Shown here piece by piece: positions 9,578-19,170 of a DNA stretch of 39,225 bases; positions within the stretch are counted from its first letter, which is position 1, and every line of letters starts with the position of its first letter. The notes below the pieces were generated by a model, which saw only the letters and a list, made by a program, of their open reading frames with translations, did not search any database and was not told the DNA's origin. Both the position numbers and the translations under genes were made by a program. This DNA comes from Gammaproteobacteria bacterium (GTDB lineage: Bacteria > Pseudomonadota > Gammaproteobacteria > Steroidobacterales > BM003): the NCBI GenBank assembly GCA_026193125.1, contig JAPHSC010000032.1, forward strand, positions 1-39,225, read 5' to 3'.

Positions 9578-10975
9578 ATGGCTGGCAGTAGTAAAAAACC
9601 CAAGACCGTATTTCGCTGCAAGGATTGCGGTACCGATCACAGCAAGTGGTCAGGTCAGTGTTCCGGCTGCGGAGAGTGGAATACGCTGGTGCAACATCTC
9701 AGTGTGGCGCCATCGCGCAATACTCCGGCAGGCAGTGGCGACAGCCAGGTAACGACCCTGGACCAGGTCGCCAGGCACAGCATTCCGCGGCTCTCCACCG
9801 GCCTGGTGGAGTTTGACCGTGTGCTGGGCGGAGGAATGGTGCCAGGTAGCACCCTGGTGCTGGGCGGTTTCCCCGGGGCAGGAAAATCCACTCTGTTGTT
9901 ACAGAGCGCATGCCATGTGGCCGATAGTGAGGTGGTGTTGTATGTGGCTGGCGAGGAGTCACTGGAGCAGATTGCCGATCGCGCACACCGCCTGCAATTG
10001 CGCACCGACATGCTCAGGGTCGTGGCGGAAACCGACATCACGGTGATTACCTCGATCATGGAGCGGGAGCGGCCGGCAGTTGTCATCGTGGATTCCATCC
10101 AGGTCATGCATCACCCGGATATCGACTCTTTGGCCGGCAATACCACCCAGGTGCGCGAATGCGCAAACGTGCTGAGCCGCTTTGCCAAGCGTCTCAAATC
10201 CACGGTCATCCTGGTCGGTCATATCACCAAGAGCGAGAACCTGGCAGGCCCAATGACGCTCAACCACCTGGTTGACGCTACCCTGATGCTGTCCAGCACA
10301 GATGACGCTCGCTACCGGATTGTGCGCTCTGACAAGAACCGTTTCGGATCGGTGGCAGAGATAGGCGTGTTCGCGATGACGGGCACAGGTATGAAGGAAG
10401 TGCGAAATCCGTCGGCGATATTCCTGAGTAAGTCCAACAAAGAATTGCCCGGCAGCATTGTGACGGTGCTATGGGAAGGCAGCCGACCGCTACTGGTTGA
10501 GTTGCAGGCCCTGGTTGATCAAAGCGCGCTGGGGAATCCGCGCCGCGTGACGGTGGGCATTGACAACACGCGGGTCGCAATGCTGCTCGCGGTTCTTAAT
10601 CGTCATGGTGGCATCGCCGTGCATGACCAGGATGTCTATGTAAACGTGGTGGGTGGAATACGCGTCAGCGAGCCCAGCGCAGACCTGGCCATCTTGCTCA
10701 GTGTACTCAGCAGCCTGCGCGACCGCGCCATTCCTCCCGACGTGTTTGCGTTCGGCGAGGTAGGCTTGTCCGGTGAAGTACGACCCTGCGCCAACGGACA
10801 GGAGCGCATCCGTGAAGCGGCCAAACATGGATTCAAGACAGCGATAGTGCCTGCGGCGAATGCGCCCAGGGAACCGGTGCAGGGATTAAAAATCGTCCCG
10901 GTGAATACCTTACAGGAAGCGCTGGATTGGGCGCTGGAGTCCCTGACACCTTGCAGACACCCAACGCGGGACTAA
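9578..10975 (+). CDS. radA: DNA repair protein RadA/Sms
   Basis: Zinc finger CKDCGTDHSKWSGQCSGCGEWNT, Walker A GFPGAGKST, KNRFG motif (DKNRFGSV), and a Lon-protease-like C-terminal domain. Confidence 0.95.
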   Translation: MAGSSKKPKTVFRCKDCGTDHSKWSGQCSGCGEWNTLVQHLSVAPSRNTPAGSGDSQVTTLDQVARHSIPRLSTGLVEFDRVLGGGMVPGSTLVLGGFPGAGKSTLLLQSACHVADSEVVLYVAGEESLEQIADRAHRLQLRTDMLRVVAETDITVITSIMERERPAVVIVDSIQVMHHPDIDSLAGNTTQVRECANVLSRFAKRLKSTVILVGHITKSENLAGPMTLNHLVDATLMLSSTDDARYRIVRSDKNRFGSVAEIGVFAMTGTGMKEVRNPSAIFLSKSNKELPGSIVTVLWEGSRPLLVELQALVDQSALGNPRRVTVGIDNTRVAMLLAVLNRHGGIAVHDQDVYVNVVGGIRVSEPSADLAILLSVLSSLRDRAIPPDVFAFGEVGLSGEVRPCANGQERIREAAKHGFKTAIVPAANAPREPVQGLKIVPVNTLQEALDWALESLTPCRHPTRD

Positions 10976-11093
10976 AAGCTCGCGTCGCGGAGCCGGTGCC
11001 GGTAGCCGGCCATTCATAAGAAAGCAGAAAAATCCTAGAACTAACAACGCATTATCGAATAGACTTCATATCTGGTTTACTCTCGGGGTCAGA

Positions 11094-13625
11094 ATGGGTC
11101 TGGGCACAACTGCTTTTTGGCGTTCGAACTGGCTGGTTGCGCTGGTTTACAGTGGCGTTTTCACGCTGCTGGCAGTATTTCCCTTCGCTAGCGCCCTGCA
11201 AAATGCTGAATCAGGCGTGCTGACGCATGCGATGAAGTGGTCAGTGCAGACGCCATCGAACGACATCGCGATCATCGCAATTGATCGCAAGAGCCTGGAG
11301 AATGTCGGTGATTGGCCCTGGCAACGAAATGTTTTCGCCCAGCTTATCGACCAATTGGCCACCAGCGGTGCCCGCAGTATAGCCACCACGATCAGGCTGG
11401 ACTCGCCACAGAACGAATTGGGCCTGTTTTACCTGACAGGTTTGCGCGAGCGCCTCGCATCAGGGGGCGCCAACAGCAAAATTCTGGTGGAACCCATGGC
11501 CTACCTGGACCAGGCCCTGGCCGACCTGGGTACCGACTCAAATCTTGCTGAAAGCATGGCCAGAGCCGGCAATGTCTACCTGCCTATGGATTTTCCACGT
11601 AACGGTCGGCCTGGCGACATGGCTCCGTACAGCCCGATCCAATGGCTGGCAGACAGCCCCGCAATTCAGGCCCCGCGGGCAGGGTACGCGCAGCAAGCGC
11701 TGCCCCTGTTCACAACGGCAGCCGCCGGAAGCGGACACCTGTATATGCCGACTGACTCCGACGGGATCAGGCGCCGGTTCAACCTCCTGGTGTCCTCGCA
11801 GGGCAAACTCTACCCCTCGCTGGCCCTGCTGCTTACCACTGGAGCGCGTGGCAATAACCCCATCAATGCGAGCGTTGACGAAGAAAATAGGCTGCATATA
11901 GGAAGCCTGCTGGTACCCGCAGATAGCACACTGGCTACGATCGTTCACTGGTACCCGCCGCGTGCCGGGGCCCAGCCCTTCACGGTAGACTCTTTTTGGG
12001 ATGTTTTTGCTGGCAATACGCCGGCTGACAAGTTCCGCAACAAGATCGTGTTACTGGGTCCAACGGAAAAATCGCTAGCCCGAATGCTGAAAACGCCAGT
12101 CGGGGCCAGCACTCCGGAAATAATCGCCCTCGCACATGAAATCTCAACCCTGATTAATCAGCACTTCACGGCCAGACCTGCCTGGGTTCCGGGGGCCGAA
12201 TGGGCTGTTTGGTTATTAGTCGCAATCTACCTGGCCTTTGTTCTTCCGCGCCTGCGGCCACGCTTCGCCATTCTTACCAGCCTGGGTATCACCGCCATCA
12301 TGCTGGTAGCCAGCATGGCGATTTATGTTTCCGAAAATATCTGGCTCAAACCCCTGGGCCCGATACTTATGTTGCTGTTGGGTCACATGGTGCTCGCCGT
12401 AAAGAGCCTGGACTGGGAACGGCTGCTGGAAAAGAGGCAACCCAACGAACAGATTGAGAGCAACCGGATGCTGGGACTGGCGTTCCAGGCACAAGGCGAG
12501 CTGGAGCTGGCCTGGGATAAATTCCGCGGCCTGCCACTGGATGACAGCATGATGGCTATACTGTACCAGCTGGCGTTGGGGTTCGAGGCCAAGCGTAAAC
12601 TGAACCGTGCCGCTGATATATATGACCACATGGCTGCCTTCGACGCCGACTATCGCGACCTGCAAAAACGTATGCGGCTGGCTCAACAATTGGAAGACAC
12701 GGTCACCCTGGGATTGCCCGGGGCCTCCGGCAGGGCACCGGTTCGCTTGTCTGAGGACGGCCCGGGCCAGCCACAACTGGGGCGCTACCAGGTACAGGAG
12801 GAAATCGGCAAGGGCGCCATGGGCGTGGTCTACCTGGCCTACGATCCCCGTCTAAACCGCCAGGTCGCTTTGAAGGCCATCCCGCTGGCGGAGGAGTTTT
12901 CGGAAAACGAGCTGGAGGAGGTCAAGCTGCGATTCTTTCGTGAGGCAGAGGCTGCCGGACGCCTGGATCACCCCGATATAGTCGGTGTCTATGACGTTGG
13001 CGAGGACAACGACTTGGCCTATATAGCCATGGAATACGTGGATGGACATCGCTTGAGCGAGTTTACCTCTCCGGCTCACCTGCTCGCCGAGGAAACCGTT
13101 CTGGAACTCACCGCCCGGACGGCTGAAGCCCTGCACTACGCGCACTCGCGCGGTGTTGTCCACCGCGACATCAAACCCTCAAACTTGCTCTACAACGAGA
13201 GCATTGATCAACTCAAAGTCGCTGACTTCGGTGTGGCCAGGTTTGATGACAGCAATCGCACCCGGACCGGCCTGGTCATGGGAACGCCTTCGTACATGTC
13301 GCCAGAGCAAATCGAGGGTGAAAATGTGACGGGAGCCTCGGACTTGTTTTCCTTAGGTGTTACGCTATACCAGCTACTTACGGGATATTTGCCATTCCGG
13401 GCAGATTCCTTGGCCAAGTTGATGTACAAAATTGCCAATGAACCCCATTTGGCTGTTAACTTAGTGAGGAGTGATTTACCGGACTGTATCGAAAAGTTGA
13501 TGAGTAAAGCTCTGGCGAAAAAGCCTTTGGATAGATTCAATAGCGGCGCCGAGATGGCCAAGTCCATCAGGGACTGCCTCAGCAGACTTAGAGAAGAAAA
13601 AGCCCACGGATCCAATAGCTTATGA
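11094..13625 (+). CDS. CHASE2 sensor domain-containing Hanks-type serine/threonine protein kinase
   Basis: 843 aa. It has an N-terminal TM helix and an extracytoplasmic CHASE2-like region (IAIIAIDRKSLENVGDWPWQRNVFAQLIDQL). Three TM helices fall at about aa 370-440, followed by a TPR-like linker. The kinase domain starts at about nt 12780 (IGKGAMGVVY, VALK, HRDIKPSNLL, DFGVA, GTPSYMSPEQ). Confidence 0.85.
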   Translation: MGLGTTAFWRSNWLVALVYSGVFTLLAVFPFASALQNAESGVLTHAMKWSVQTPSNDIAIIAIDRKSLENVGDWPWQRNVFAQLIDQLATSGARSIATTIRLDSPQNELGLFYLTGLRERLASGGANSKILVEPMAYLDQALADLGTDSNLAESMARAGNVYLPMDFPRNGRPGDMAPYSPIQWLADSPAIQAPRAGYAQQALPLFTTAAAGSGHLYMPTDSDGIRRRFNLLVSSQGKLYPSLALLLTTGARGNNPINASVDEENRLHIGSLLVPADSTLATIVHWYPPRAGAQPFTVDSFWDVFAGNTPADKFRNKIVLLGPTEKSLARMLKTPVGASTPEIIALAHEISTLINQHFTARPAWVPGAEWAVWLLVAIYLAFVLPRLRPRFAILTSLGITAIMLVASMAIYVSENIWLKPLGPILMLLLGHMVLAVKSLDWERLLEKRQPNEQIESNRMLGLAFQAQGELELAWDKFRGLPLDDSMMAILYQLALGFEAKRKLNRAADIYDHMAAFDADYRDLQKRMRLAQQLEDTVTLGLPGASGRAPVRLSEDGPGQPQLGRYQVQEEIGKGAMGVVYLAYDPRLNRQVALKAIPLAEEFSENELEEVKLRFFREAEAAGRLDHPDIVGVYDVGEDNDLAYIAMEYVDGHRLSEFTSPAHLLAEETVLELTARTAEALHYAHSRGVVHRDIKPSNLLYNESIDQLKVADFGVARFDDSNRTRTGLVMGTPSYMSPEQIEGENVTGASDLFSLGVTLYQLLTGYLPFRADSLAKLMYKIANEPHLAVNLVRSDLPDCIEKLMSKALAKKPLDRFNSGAEMAKSIRDCLSRLREEKAHGSNSL

Positions 13626-14452
13626 GCCTCCGCAACAAAATCAAGATCGTTGAACTCACGGATACCGGGAAAATCCGGGAGCATAACGAGGACGCGATAG
13701 GGACCGACAAGGACTTGGGCTTGCTCGTATTGGCCGATGGAATGGGCGGTTACAATGCGGGCGAAGTCGCCTCTGGAATTGCCGTAAAAACAGTATTGAA
13801 GCAGGTCGCAAAATCACTCCAGAGCCTGGCCGAGGACCGTGACGACGTGGAACCACAGACCGGCCTGTGGCGCCAGAGCGTGATACTGAGGGACGCGGTG
13901 GCCCGCGGTAACAAACTGATTCACAACCAGGCCCAGATACGTCCGGAGTGCGAAGGCATGGGCACTACCCTGGTCGCCTGTCTGTTTTATAACAATCATG
14001 TGTCGGTCGCCCATGTGGGAGACTCGAGAATGTACCGTCTGCGTGACGGGCGGTTCGAACAAATCACGCTCGACCATTCCCTGCTTCAGGAGTTGGTGGA
14101 CCGCGGCTTTTATTCACAGGAAGAAGCCCAGCGCTCAACCAATCGGAACTATGTGACCCGCGCGCTTGGCGTGGAGAAAGCGGTCGAAGTCGAGATCAAT
14201 GAGTACGAGGTTAAGCCAGGGGATTATTATTTGCTGTGCTCAGACGGTTTGACGGATATGGTGGAAGACGAGGATATTCATTTAACGATCAGTACGTTTC
14301 ATGATAGTCTTGATACCGCTGGTCAACAATTGGTCAAGCTAGCGAATGACCATGGCGGCAAGGATAATATCTCCGTTGTGATAGGTTACGTTGCCCAGTC
14401 GTTTGGGGTGCGTAAGGGATTGTTGAAGACACTGGCAAGAAAGCTCAGATAA
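13622..14452 (+). CDS. PP2C-family Ser/Thr protein phosphatase (Stp1-like)
   Basis: 276 aa (LADGMGGYNAGEVAS, GDSRMY, CSDGLTD, GGKDNISVV). The start overlaps the kinase stop in an ATGA (13622-13625). Confidence 0.9.
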   Translation: MSLRNKIKIVELTDTGKIREHNEDAIGTDKDLGLLVLADGMGGYNAGEVASGIAVKTVLKQVAKSLQSLAEDRDDVEPQTGLWRQSVILRDAVARGNKLIHNQAQIRPECEGMGTTLVACLFYNNHVSVAHVGDSRMYRLRDGRFEQITLDHSLLQELVDRGFYSQEEAQRSTNRNYVTRALGVEKAVEVEINEYEVKPGDYYLLCSDGLTDMVEDEDIHLTISTFHDSLDTAGQQLVKLANDHGGKDNISVVIGYVAQSFGVRKGLLKTLARKLR

Positions 14453-14470
14453 ACCAGTAGAGGGCTTGGC

Positions 14471-15181
14471 ATGGCGCGTTTAATTCTCAGCCTCGACGGT
14501 CAGTTGATGGCTGAATACAACATGACCAAAGAGCGGTACACCATCGGCCGGCTTCCCGACAATGACGTGCGTATTGATAACGCAGCTGTCAGTGGTCATC
14601 ACTCACTGATCATCAACATTTTAAACGACTCCTTCCTTGAAGACTTGAATAGCACTAACGGTACTTACGTTAATGGGAAGTTGATCAAGAAGCATGCCTT
14701 GCAAAACAGCGACGTGATCACTATTGGTCATCACCAACTTCGCTTCGTAGATGGTGAGGACGACGGGGATGAGGCCGATGAGTTTGAAAAGACCATGGTC
14801 ATCAACCCAAGTAGTCAGAGTCAGGACAAGATCGAACGGGTTCGCCAGCAAGTAGCCGAGGCGGTCGCCTCGCCTGGCGGCCTGGTCCAGACCGGACGTG
14901 CCGGCATGGTGCCAATGGCCAAGTTACAGGTCCTTAGCGGTACCTTCGCGGGTCGCGAACTGGAACTGAAAAAAGCGCTCACAACACTGGGCCGGCCTGG
15001 TCTGCAAGTGGCTGCAATCACTCGGCGAGCCGAGGGCTACTATGTGGTGCACGTAGACGGCGGGAAAGACGATCGTCATCCATTGCTGAATGGTGAATCC
15101 ATAGGCTCCAAGGCGGCGCGTCTGGAAGACAACGACGTGATTGAAATCGCAGGCGTCAAGATGGGCTTTTTCCTTACCTGA
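14471..15181 (+). CDS. FHA domain-containing protein (canonical N-terminal FHA, acidic linker, FHA-like C-terminal domain)
   Basis: 236 aa. The N-terminal FHA has IGR...VSGHH...STNGTYVNG...GDxITIG. The linker is DGEDDGDEADEFE. The C-terminal 90 aa keep the GR and NG positions but not the Ser-x-x-His pair. Confidence 0.85.
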   Translation: MARLILSLDGQLMAEYNMTKERYTIGRLPDNDVRIDNAAVSGHHSLIINILNDSFLEDLNSTNGTYVNGKLIKKHALQNSDVITIGHHQLRFVDGEDDGDEADEFEKTMVINPSSQSQDKIERVRQQVAEAVASPGGLVQTGRAGMVPMAKLQVLSGTFAGRELELKKALTTLGRPGLQVAAITRRAEGYYVVHVDGGKDDRHPLLNGESIGSKAARLEDNDVIEIAGVKMGFFLT

Positions 15182-16253
15182 GATATTCCACGGACACTCT
15201 TTGGGTGACGCCGCAAAGCATCTCGTAAGGGATGGTGCCCGCAAGCTGTGCTATCTCCTCAACCGGTAGCCCTTTGCCCCAAAGGGTCAGGCTGTCGCCA
15301 ACCCTGGCTTGGGGATGGTCAGTGAGGTCCACGGTAATCATGTCCATGGATACCCTGCCTACCAGGGGGACTCTTTTTCCATGCAGTAAAACCGGCGTGC
15401 CATTTCCCAAATGCCTGGAATACCCGTCGCCATAACCAATCGCGGCAACCCCTATGCTGGAGTCACGGTTTGCTCTCCAGGCGGACCCATAGCCCACCGC
15501 CTCGCCCGCTGCGACTTTTCGAATCGCAATCAACTCAGTGCCCAGGTGCATCACCGGTTTCAAGCCCAGCTCCTCGCCCGTTTTGCCCGGCAGTGGTGAT
15601 ACGCCAAACAGAGCCAACCCGGGCCTGACCCACTGGGCCCGGCTTTCTGGCCAGGCCAGCAAGCCGGCCGAATTCGCTATACTTCGCTCTGCCTGTACGC
15701 CGCGGGTAGTGTGCTCGAACAGCTCGAGCTGGGCCCGGGTGCCCTGGCCGGTAAGCTCATCGGCACCCGCCAGGTGTGTCATCAGCACCAGATCCTTACG
15801 TACCGCGTGCAAGCTGCGCAATCTGGCCAGCACTCCGGCAAACTCTTCCGGTCTGAAACCCAGTCGGTTCATACCGGTATCGAGTTTCAGCCAGACTGTA
15901 AAACTGCTTTGACGGTCAAATGCTTCCAGCAACTGCAGCTGCTCGTGAGAATGCACCACCAGGTCACAGGCGTTGGCGGCAGCCAACTCCAGCTGGCTCC
16001 TGTTAAATACCCCTTCCAACAGCACCAGGCGTTGCCCTACTCCAGCCGCACGCAGGGCCACCGCCTCCTCCATACGGGCCACCGCCAATGCATCGGCGTC
16101 AACCAGGGACTTGGCTACAGGCACCAGGCCATGCCCATAGGCATTGGCCTTGATCACCGCCAGCACCTTGGCGCCGCCGCTGAGTTCTCTTATGCGTCGA
16201 AGATTGTAATGCAGAGCCACCGTATCGACCGTGGCCCGACACAATGCCGTCAC
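15174..16253 (-). CDS. alr: Alanine racemase
   Basis: 359 aa with the PLP-lysine motif AVIKANAYGHG. GTG start overlapping the dnaB stop (GTGA). dnaB-alr adjacency as in Pseudomonas. Confidence 0.93.
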   Translation of the reverse strand: MTALCRATVDTVALHYNLRRIRELSGGAKVLAVIKANAYGHGLVPVAKSLVDADALAVARMEEAVALRAAGVGQRLVLLEGVFNRSQLELAAANACDLVVHSHEQLQLLEAFDRQSSFTVWLKLDTGMNRLGFRPEEFAGVLARLRSLHAVRKDLVLMTHLAGADELTGQGTRAQLELFEHTTRGVQAERSIANSAGLLAWPESRAQWVRPGLALFGVSPLPGKTGEELGLKPVMHLGTELIAIRKVAAGEAVGYGSAWRANRDSSIGVAAIGYGDGYSRHLGNGTPVLLHGKRVPLVGRVSMDMITVDLTDHPQARVGDSLTLWGKGLPVEEIAQLAGTIPYEMLCGVTQRVSVEYLR

Positions 16254-17653
16254 TGGAAGCCCTCGTCCACATAGCTTTCAGCCACCAGGTTCTCAAACTT
16301 GGTGTATTGACCGAGGAATGTCAGATGGACTTCGCCCACGGGACCGTTACGCTGCTTGGCAATAATGATATCCGCAATGCCCTTGCGCGTGGTGTCCTTG
16401 TCATAGACCTCTTCGCGGTAAATGAAGCAAATCACATCCGCGTCTTGCTCGATGGCACCTGATTCACGCAGGTCCGACATTACCGGTCGCTTGTCTGTGC
16501 GGCTTTCGACACTGCGATTGAGCTGTGACAAGGCGATTACCGGGCAATCCAGTTCCTTGGCCAGGGCTTTTAGCGACCGCGATATCTCGGATATCTCGGT
16601 CGCCCTGTTTTCCTTGTTTCCCTGCACCTGCATCAACTGCAGGTAATCCAGTACAATCAGGCCAAGACCGCCGTGCTCACGCGCCAGACGTCGGGAACGA
16701 GCTCGCACCTCGGTGGGACTCAGGGACGGCGTATCATCGATATAGATCGGCGCCTCGGACATGATGGCCACCGCCGAATTGATGCGGTTCCAATCCTCGT
16801 CGTTAAAATTGCCTCGGCGCAGGTTTGATTGATCTACCCGTCCGATTGATCCAATCATACGGAAGCTTAGCTGCTCGGCAGACATTTCCATGCTGAATAT
16901 GGCTACCGCCTTGCCCGATCCAATCGCCGCATTCTCGGCTATATTCATGGCCAGGGTGGTCTTACCCATGGATGGCCGTCCGGCAATAATTACCAGTTCA
17001 CCGCGCTGCAGACCTGCGGTCATATCATCTAGACTATTGAAGCCTGTCGACAAGCCCGAAATATCACCGTCAGAATGACTCAGGATATCCAGCCGGTCTA
17101 TGGTACCGGGAAGTATTTTCCGCAAGGCCACAAAACCGGAACCCCTGCGCTTGCCACGCTCGGCAATCTGGAATACCGCGCGCTCTGCATCGTCCACCAG
17201 TTCCGAGGCCCCACGACCATCACTGGTATAGGCGCTGTCTGTAATGCCGACACCAACCTCGATCAGCTTTCTCAGCAGCGCCCGCTCACGCACAATGTCC
17301 GCATAGGCACGAATATTTGCTGCGCTGGGGGTGTCCTTGGCCAGCTGTCCGAGGAAGGAAAGACCGCCCATCTGCTCCAGCTGCTGATTGCGGTCCAGGT
17401 ACTCGGAAACGGTTACCGCGTCCAAAGGCTGGCTTTTCTCAGCCAGTTCGCCAATGGCGTTGAATATCAGGCGGTGATCATGACGATAGAAATCGTCGGC
17501 GGTTACCAGGTCTGCAATACGTTCCCAGGCCAGGTTATCAAGCATCAGGCCGCCGAGCACGGCTCGCTCGGCATCAACAGAGTGCGGCGGTACACGGAGT
17601 CTTTCCGTACCCGCCATCGCATCAATGCGATCGTCACTCATTGGAGTCGCCAT
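16250..17653 (-). CDS. dnaB: Replicative DNA helicase DnaB
   Basis: 467 aa (PPHSVDAERAVLGGLML, Walker A GRPSMGKTT, LIVLDYLQLM, IALSQLNR). Confidence 0.96.
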   Translation of the reverse strand: MATPMSDDRIDAMAGTERLRVPPHSVDAERAVLGGLMLDNLAWERIADLVTADDFYRHDHRLIFNAIGELAEKSQPLDAVTVSEYLDRNQQLEQMGGLSFLGQLAKDTPSAANIRAYADIVRERALLRKLIEVGVGITDSAYTSDGRGASELVDDAERAVFQIAERGKRRGSGFVALRKILPGTIDRLDILSHSDGDISGLSTGFNSLDDMTAGLQRGELVIIAGRPSMGKTTLAMNIAENAAIGSGKAVAIFSMEMSAEQLSFRMIGSIGRVDQSNLRRGNFNDEDWNRINSAVAIMSEAPIYIDDTPSLSPTEVRARSRRLAREHGGLGLIVLDYLQLMQVQGNKENRATEISEISRSLKALAKELDCPVIALSQLNRSVESRTDKRPVMSDLRESGAIEQDADVICFIYREEVYDKDTTRKGIADIIIAKQRNGPVGEVHLTFLGQYTKFENLVAESYVDEGFQ

Positions 17654-17738
17654 CGCCCAGTACCGCCAGGTTAATCAAGGGCCGATCAAGATAGCACAAC
17701 CGGTACCCGGAGGTAGCCCCCCGGGTTGCGGTGCAGCC

Positions 17739-18188
17739 TTACTCTTCGCCAGAAATCTCAACCGGTACGGTGACCGAAACATCACTATGCAGATGTACTT
17801 CAATCTCGTGGCTGCCCACCTGCCGGATCGGGCCATCGGCCATGCGCACTTCACGCCGCTCTACCTCAAAACCCAGCGCGGCCAGCGCTTCGGCGATGTC
17901 TACGGGACCTATCGAGCCGAATAATTTGCCCTCTGCACCCGCCTTTGCACTGAGCTTCACGATTTTGCCGTCCAGCAACTTGGCACGACCCTGGGCACGC
18001 GTCAGCTCCTCGGCAGACTTGGCCTCGAGCTCCGCACGGATCGCTTCAAACTTCTCAATGTTCGAAGCCGTGGCCAGCGTTGCCTTACCCTGTGGCAGCA
18101 GGAAATTGCGACCATAGCCCGAGCGGACCTTCACACGCTCGCCAATAGTCCCCAGATTCTCAACTTTTTCCAGAAGTATGACTTCCAT
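17739..18188 (-). CDS. rplI: 50S ribosomal protein L9
   Basis: MEVILLEKVENLG is a canonical L9 N-terminus. Two adjacent ATGs (18191, 18188) leave a one-codon ambiguity in the start. Confidence 0.94.
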   Translation of the reverse strand: MEVILLEKVENLGTIGERVKVRSGYGRNFLLPQGKATLATASNIEKFEAIRAELEAKSAEELTRAQGRAKLLDGKIVKLSAKAGAEGKLFGSIGPVDIAEALAALGFEVERREVRMADGPIRQVGSHEIEVHLHSDVSVTVPVEISGEE

Positions 18189-18234
18189 CATTTCACCCGT
18201 TCAGTAAAACCAGATTTGGCTTTCTAACCCAAAA

Positions 18235-19113
18235 TTATCGATTTCGCGCCAGGATACGCCGCAAATCGAACCAATTATCCAAAAATCCCAGCGCTGTAAG
18301 AATCGGCATTACCAGCTGCAACACCAATACCAGCATCACATACAGCACGATCAACAACGGCTTCGGCCAACCACCGGGGCCAACCAGGAAATGGGCCAGT
18401 GACAATCCCTGCAAAATCAGCAAGGCCACGAGCACCCACACCATATTCTCAAACCACAGTCCGCCGCCCAACATCGCCGCAACTATTACTAGCGTCGCGA
18501 CAGCCGTCAAAACCTTGCCCAGCTTCAGTTGCCTGAATTCTGCTCCAAACCGGCCCTGCGTGTCTTCAAGTCCATCTTGCCAGACCCGTCCCAGGAAAAC
18601 CCCGGCCAGGCAGGCCAGTATCCCCAGTCCGGTCATGACGCCAGGCATCACCTGGAAAATCATGTTCCAGCCGGCCTCGGTTAACTCTTGCCCCGAGGCG
18701 CTAAACTGCTGTTTCAGCGGTTCCATCAAACCCGCCAACTGGTTTACCGGGTCAGGCAACCGCAGCAGTACCAGACCTACCACCACCAATCCGACGATAG
18801 CCGAGGCCTGGAACACCAGATTCATGGAGCGATAGGCACCCAATAATCCGGCCAGCAACAGCACCGGGCCCCACATCGCACCGGTCACTTCGAGCAGTGG
18901 CAAGGGGTCTCCCCCGGTTGCCACTGCAACGCCGGCTAGCAACGCCATCGCCAGCATCGCGGTGATCAGCGACTGCTTGATTCCTCGCTGCAACGTCACT
19001 AACACAAGCAACCCGCTACTGAGCAATCCCAGGAACGGTAGCAGTGACAAGCCAGCCACCAGGGTCACCTGGCGATGCTGCCTCTGCATGATCCAGTGCA
19101 GGATATTTTTCAC
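18235..19113 (-). CDS. Polytopic inner membrane protein, possibly DUF2232-like
   Basis: 292 aa with about 7-8 hydrophobic helices. It sits between rpsR and rplI, the position a hypothetical membrane protein occupies in Pseudomonas. The family call is from recollection only. Confidence 0.55.
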   Translation of the reverse strand: MKNILHWIMQRQHRQVTLVAGLSLLPFLGLLSSGLLVLVTLQRGIKQSLITAMLAMALLAGVAVATGGDPLPLLEVTGAMWGPVLLLAGLLGAYRSMNLVFQASAIVGLVVVGLVLLRLPDPVNQLAGLMEPLKQQFSASGQELTEAGWNMIFQVMPGVMTGLGILACLAGVFLGRVWQDGLEDTQGRFGAEFRQLKLGKVLTAVATLVIVAAMLGGGLWFENMVWVLVALLILQGLSLAHFLVGPGGWPKPLLIVLYVMLVLVLQLVMPILTALGFLDNWFDLRRILARNR

Positions 19114-19170
19114 AAGTCTTAAAACTCATCCCTGACCGAGGCTTTTGCCAGCGGACAGGGACCCGCCATC

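Noticed and set aside
17690-17730. acccgg-N10-ccgggt hairpin between rplI and dnaB, considered as a terminator or attenuator
   Set aside because: The stem is short (6 bp) and GC-only with no T-tract. rplI-dnaB read-through is the simpler expectation.
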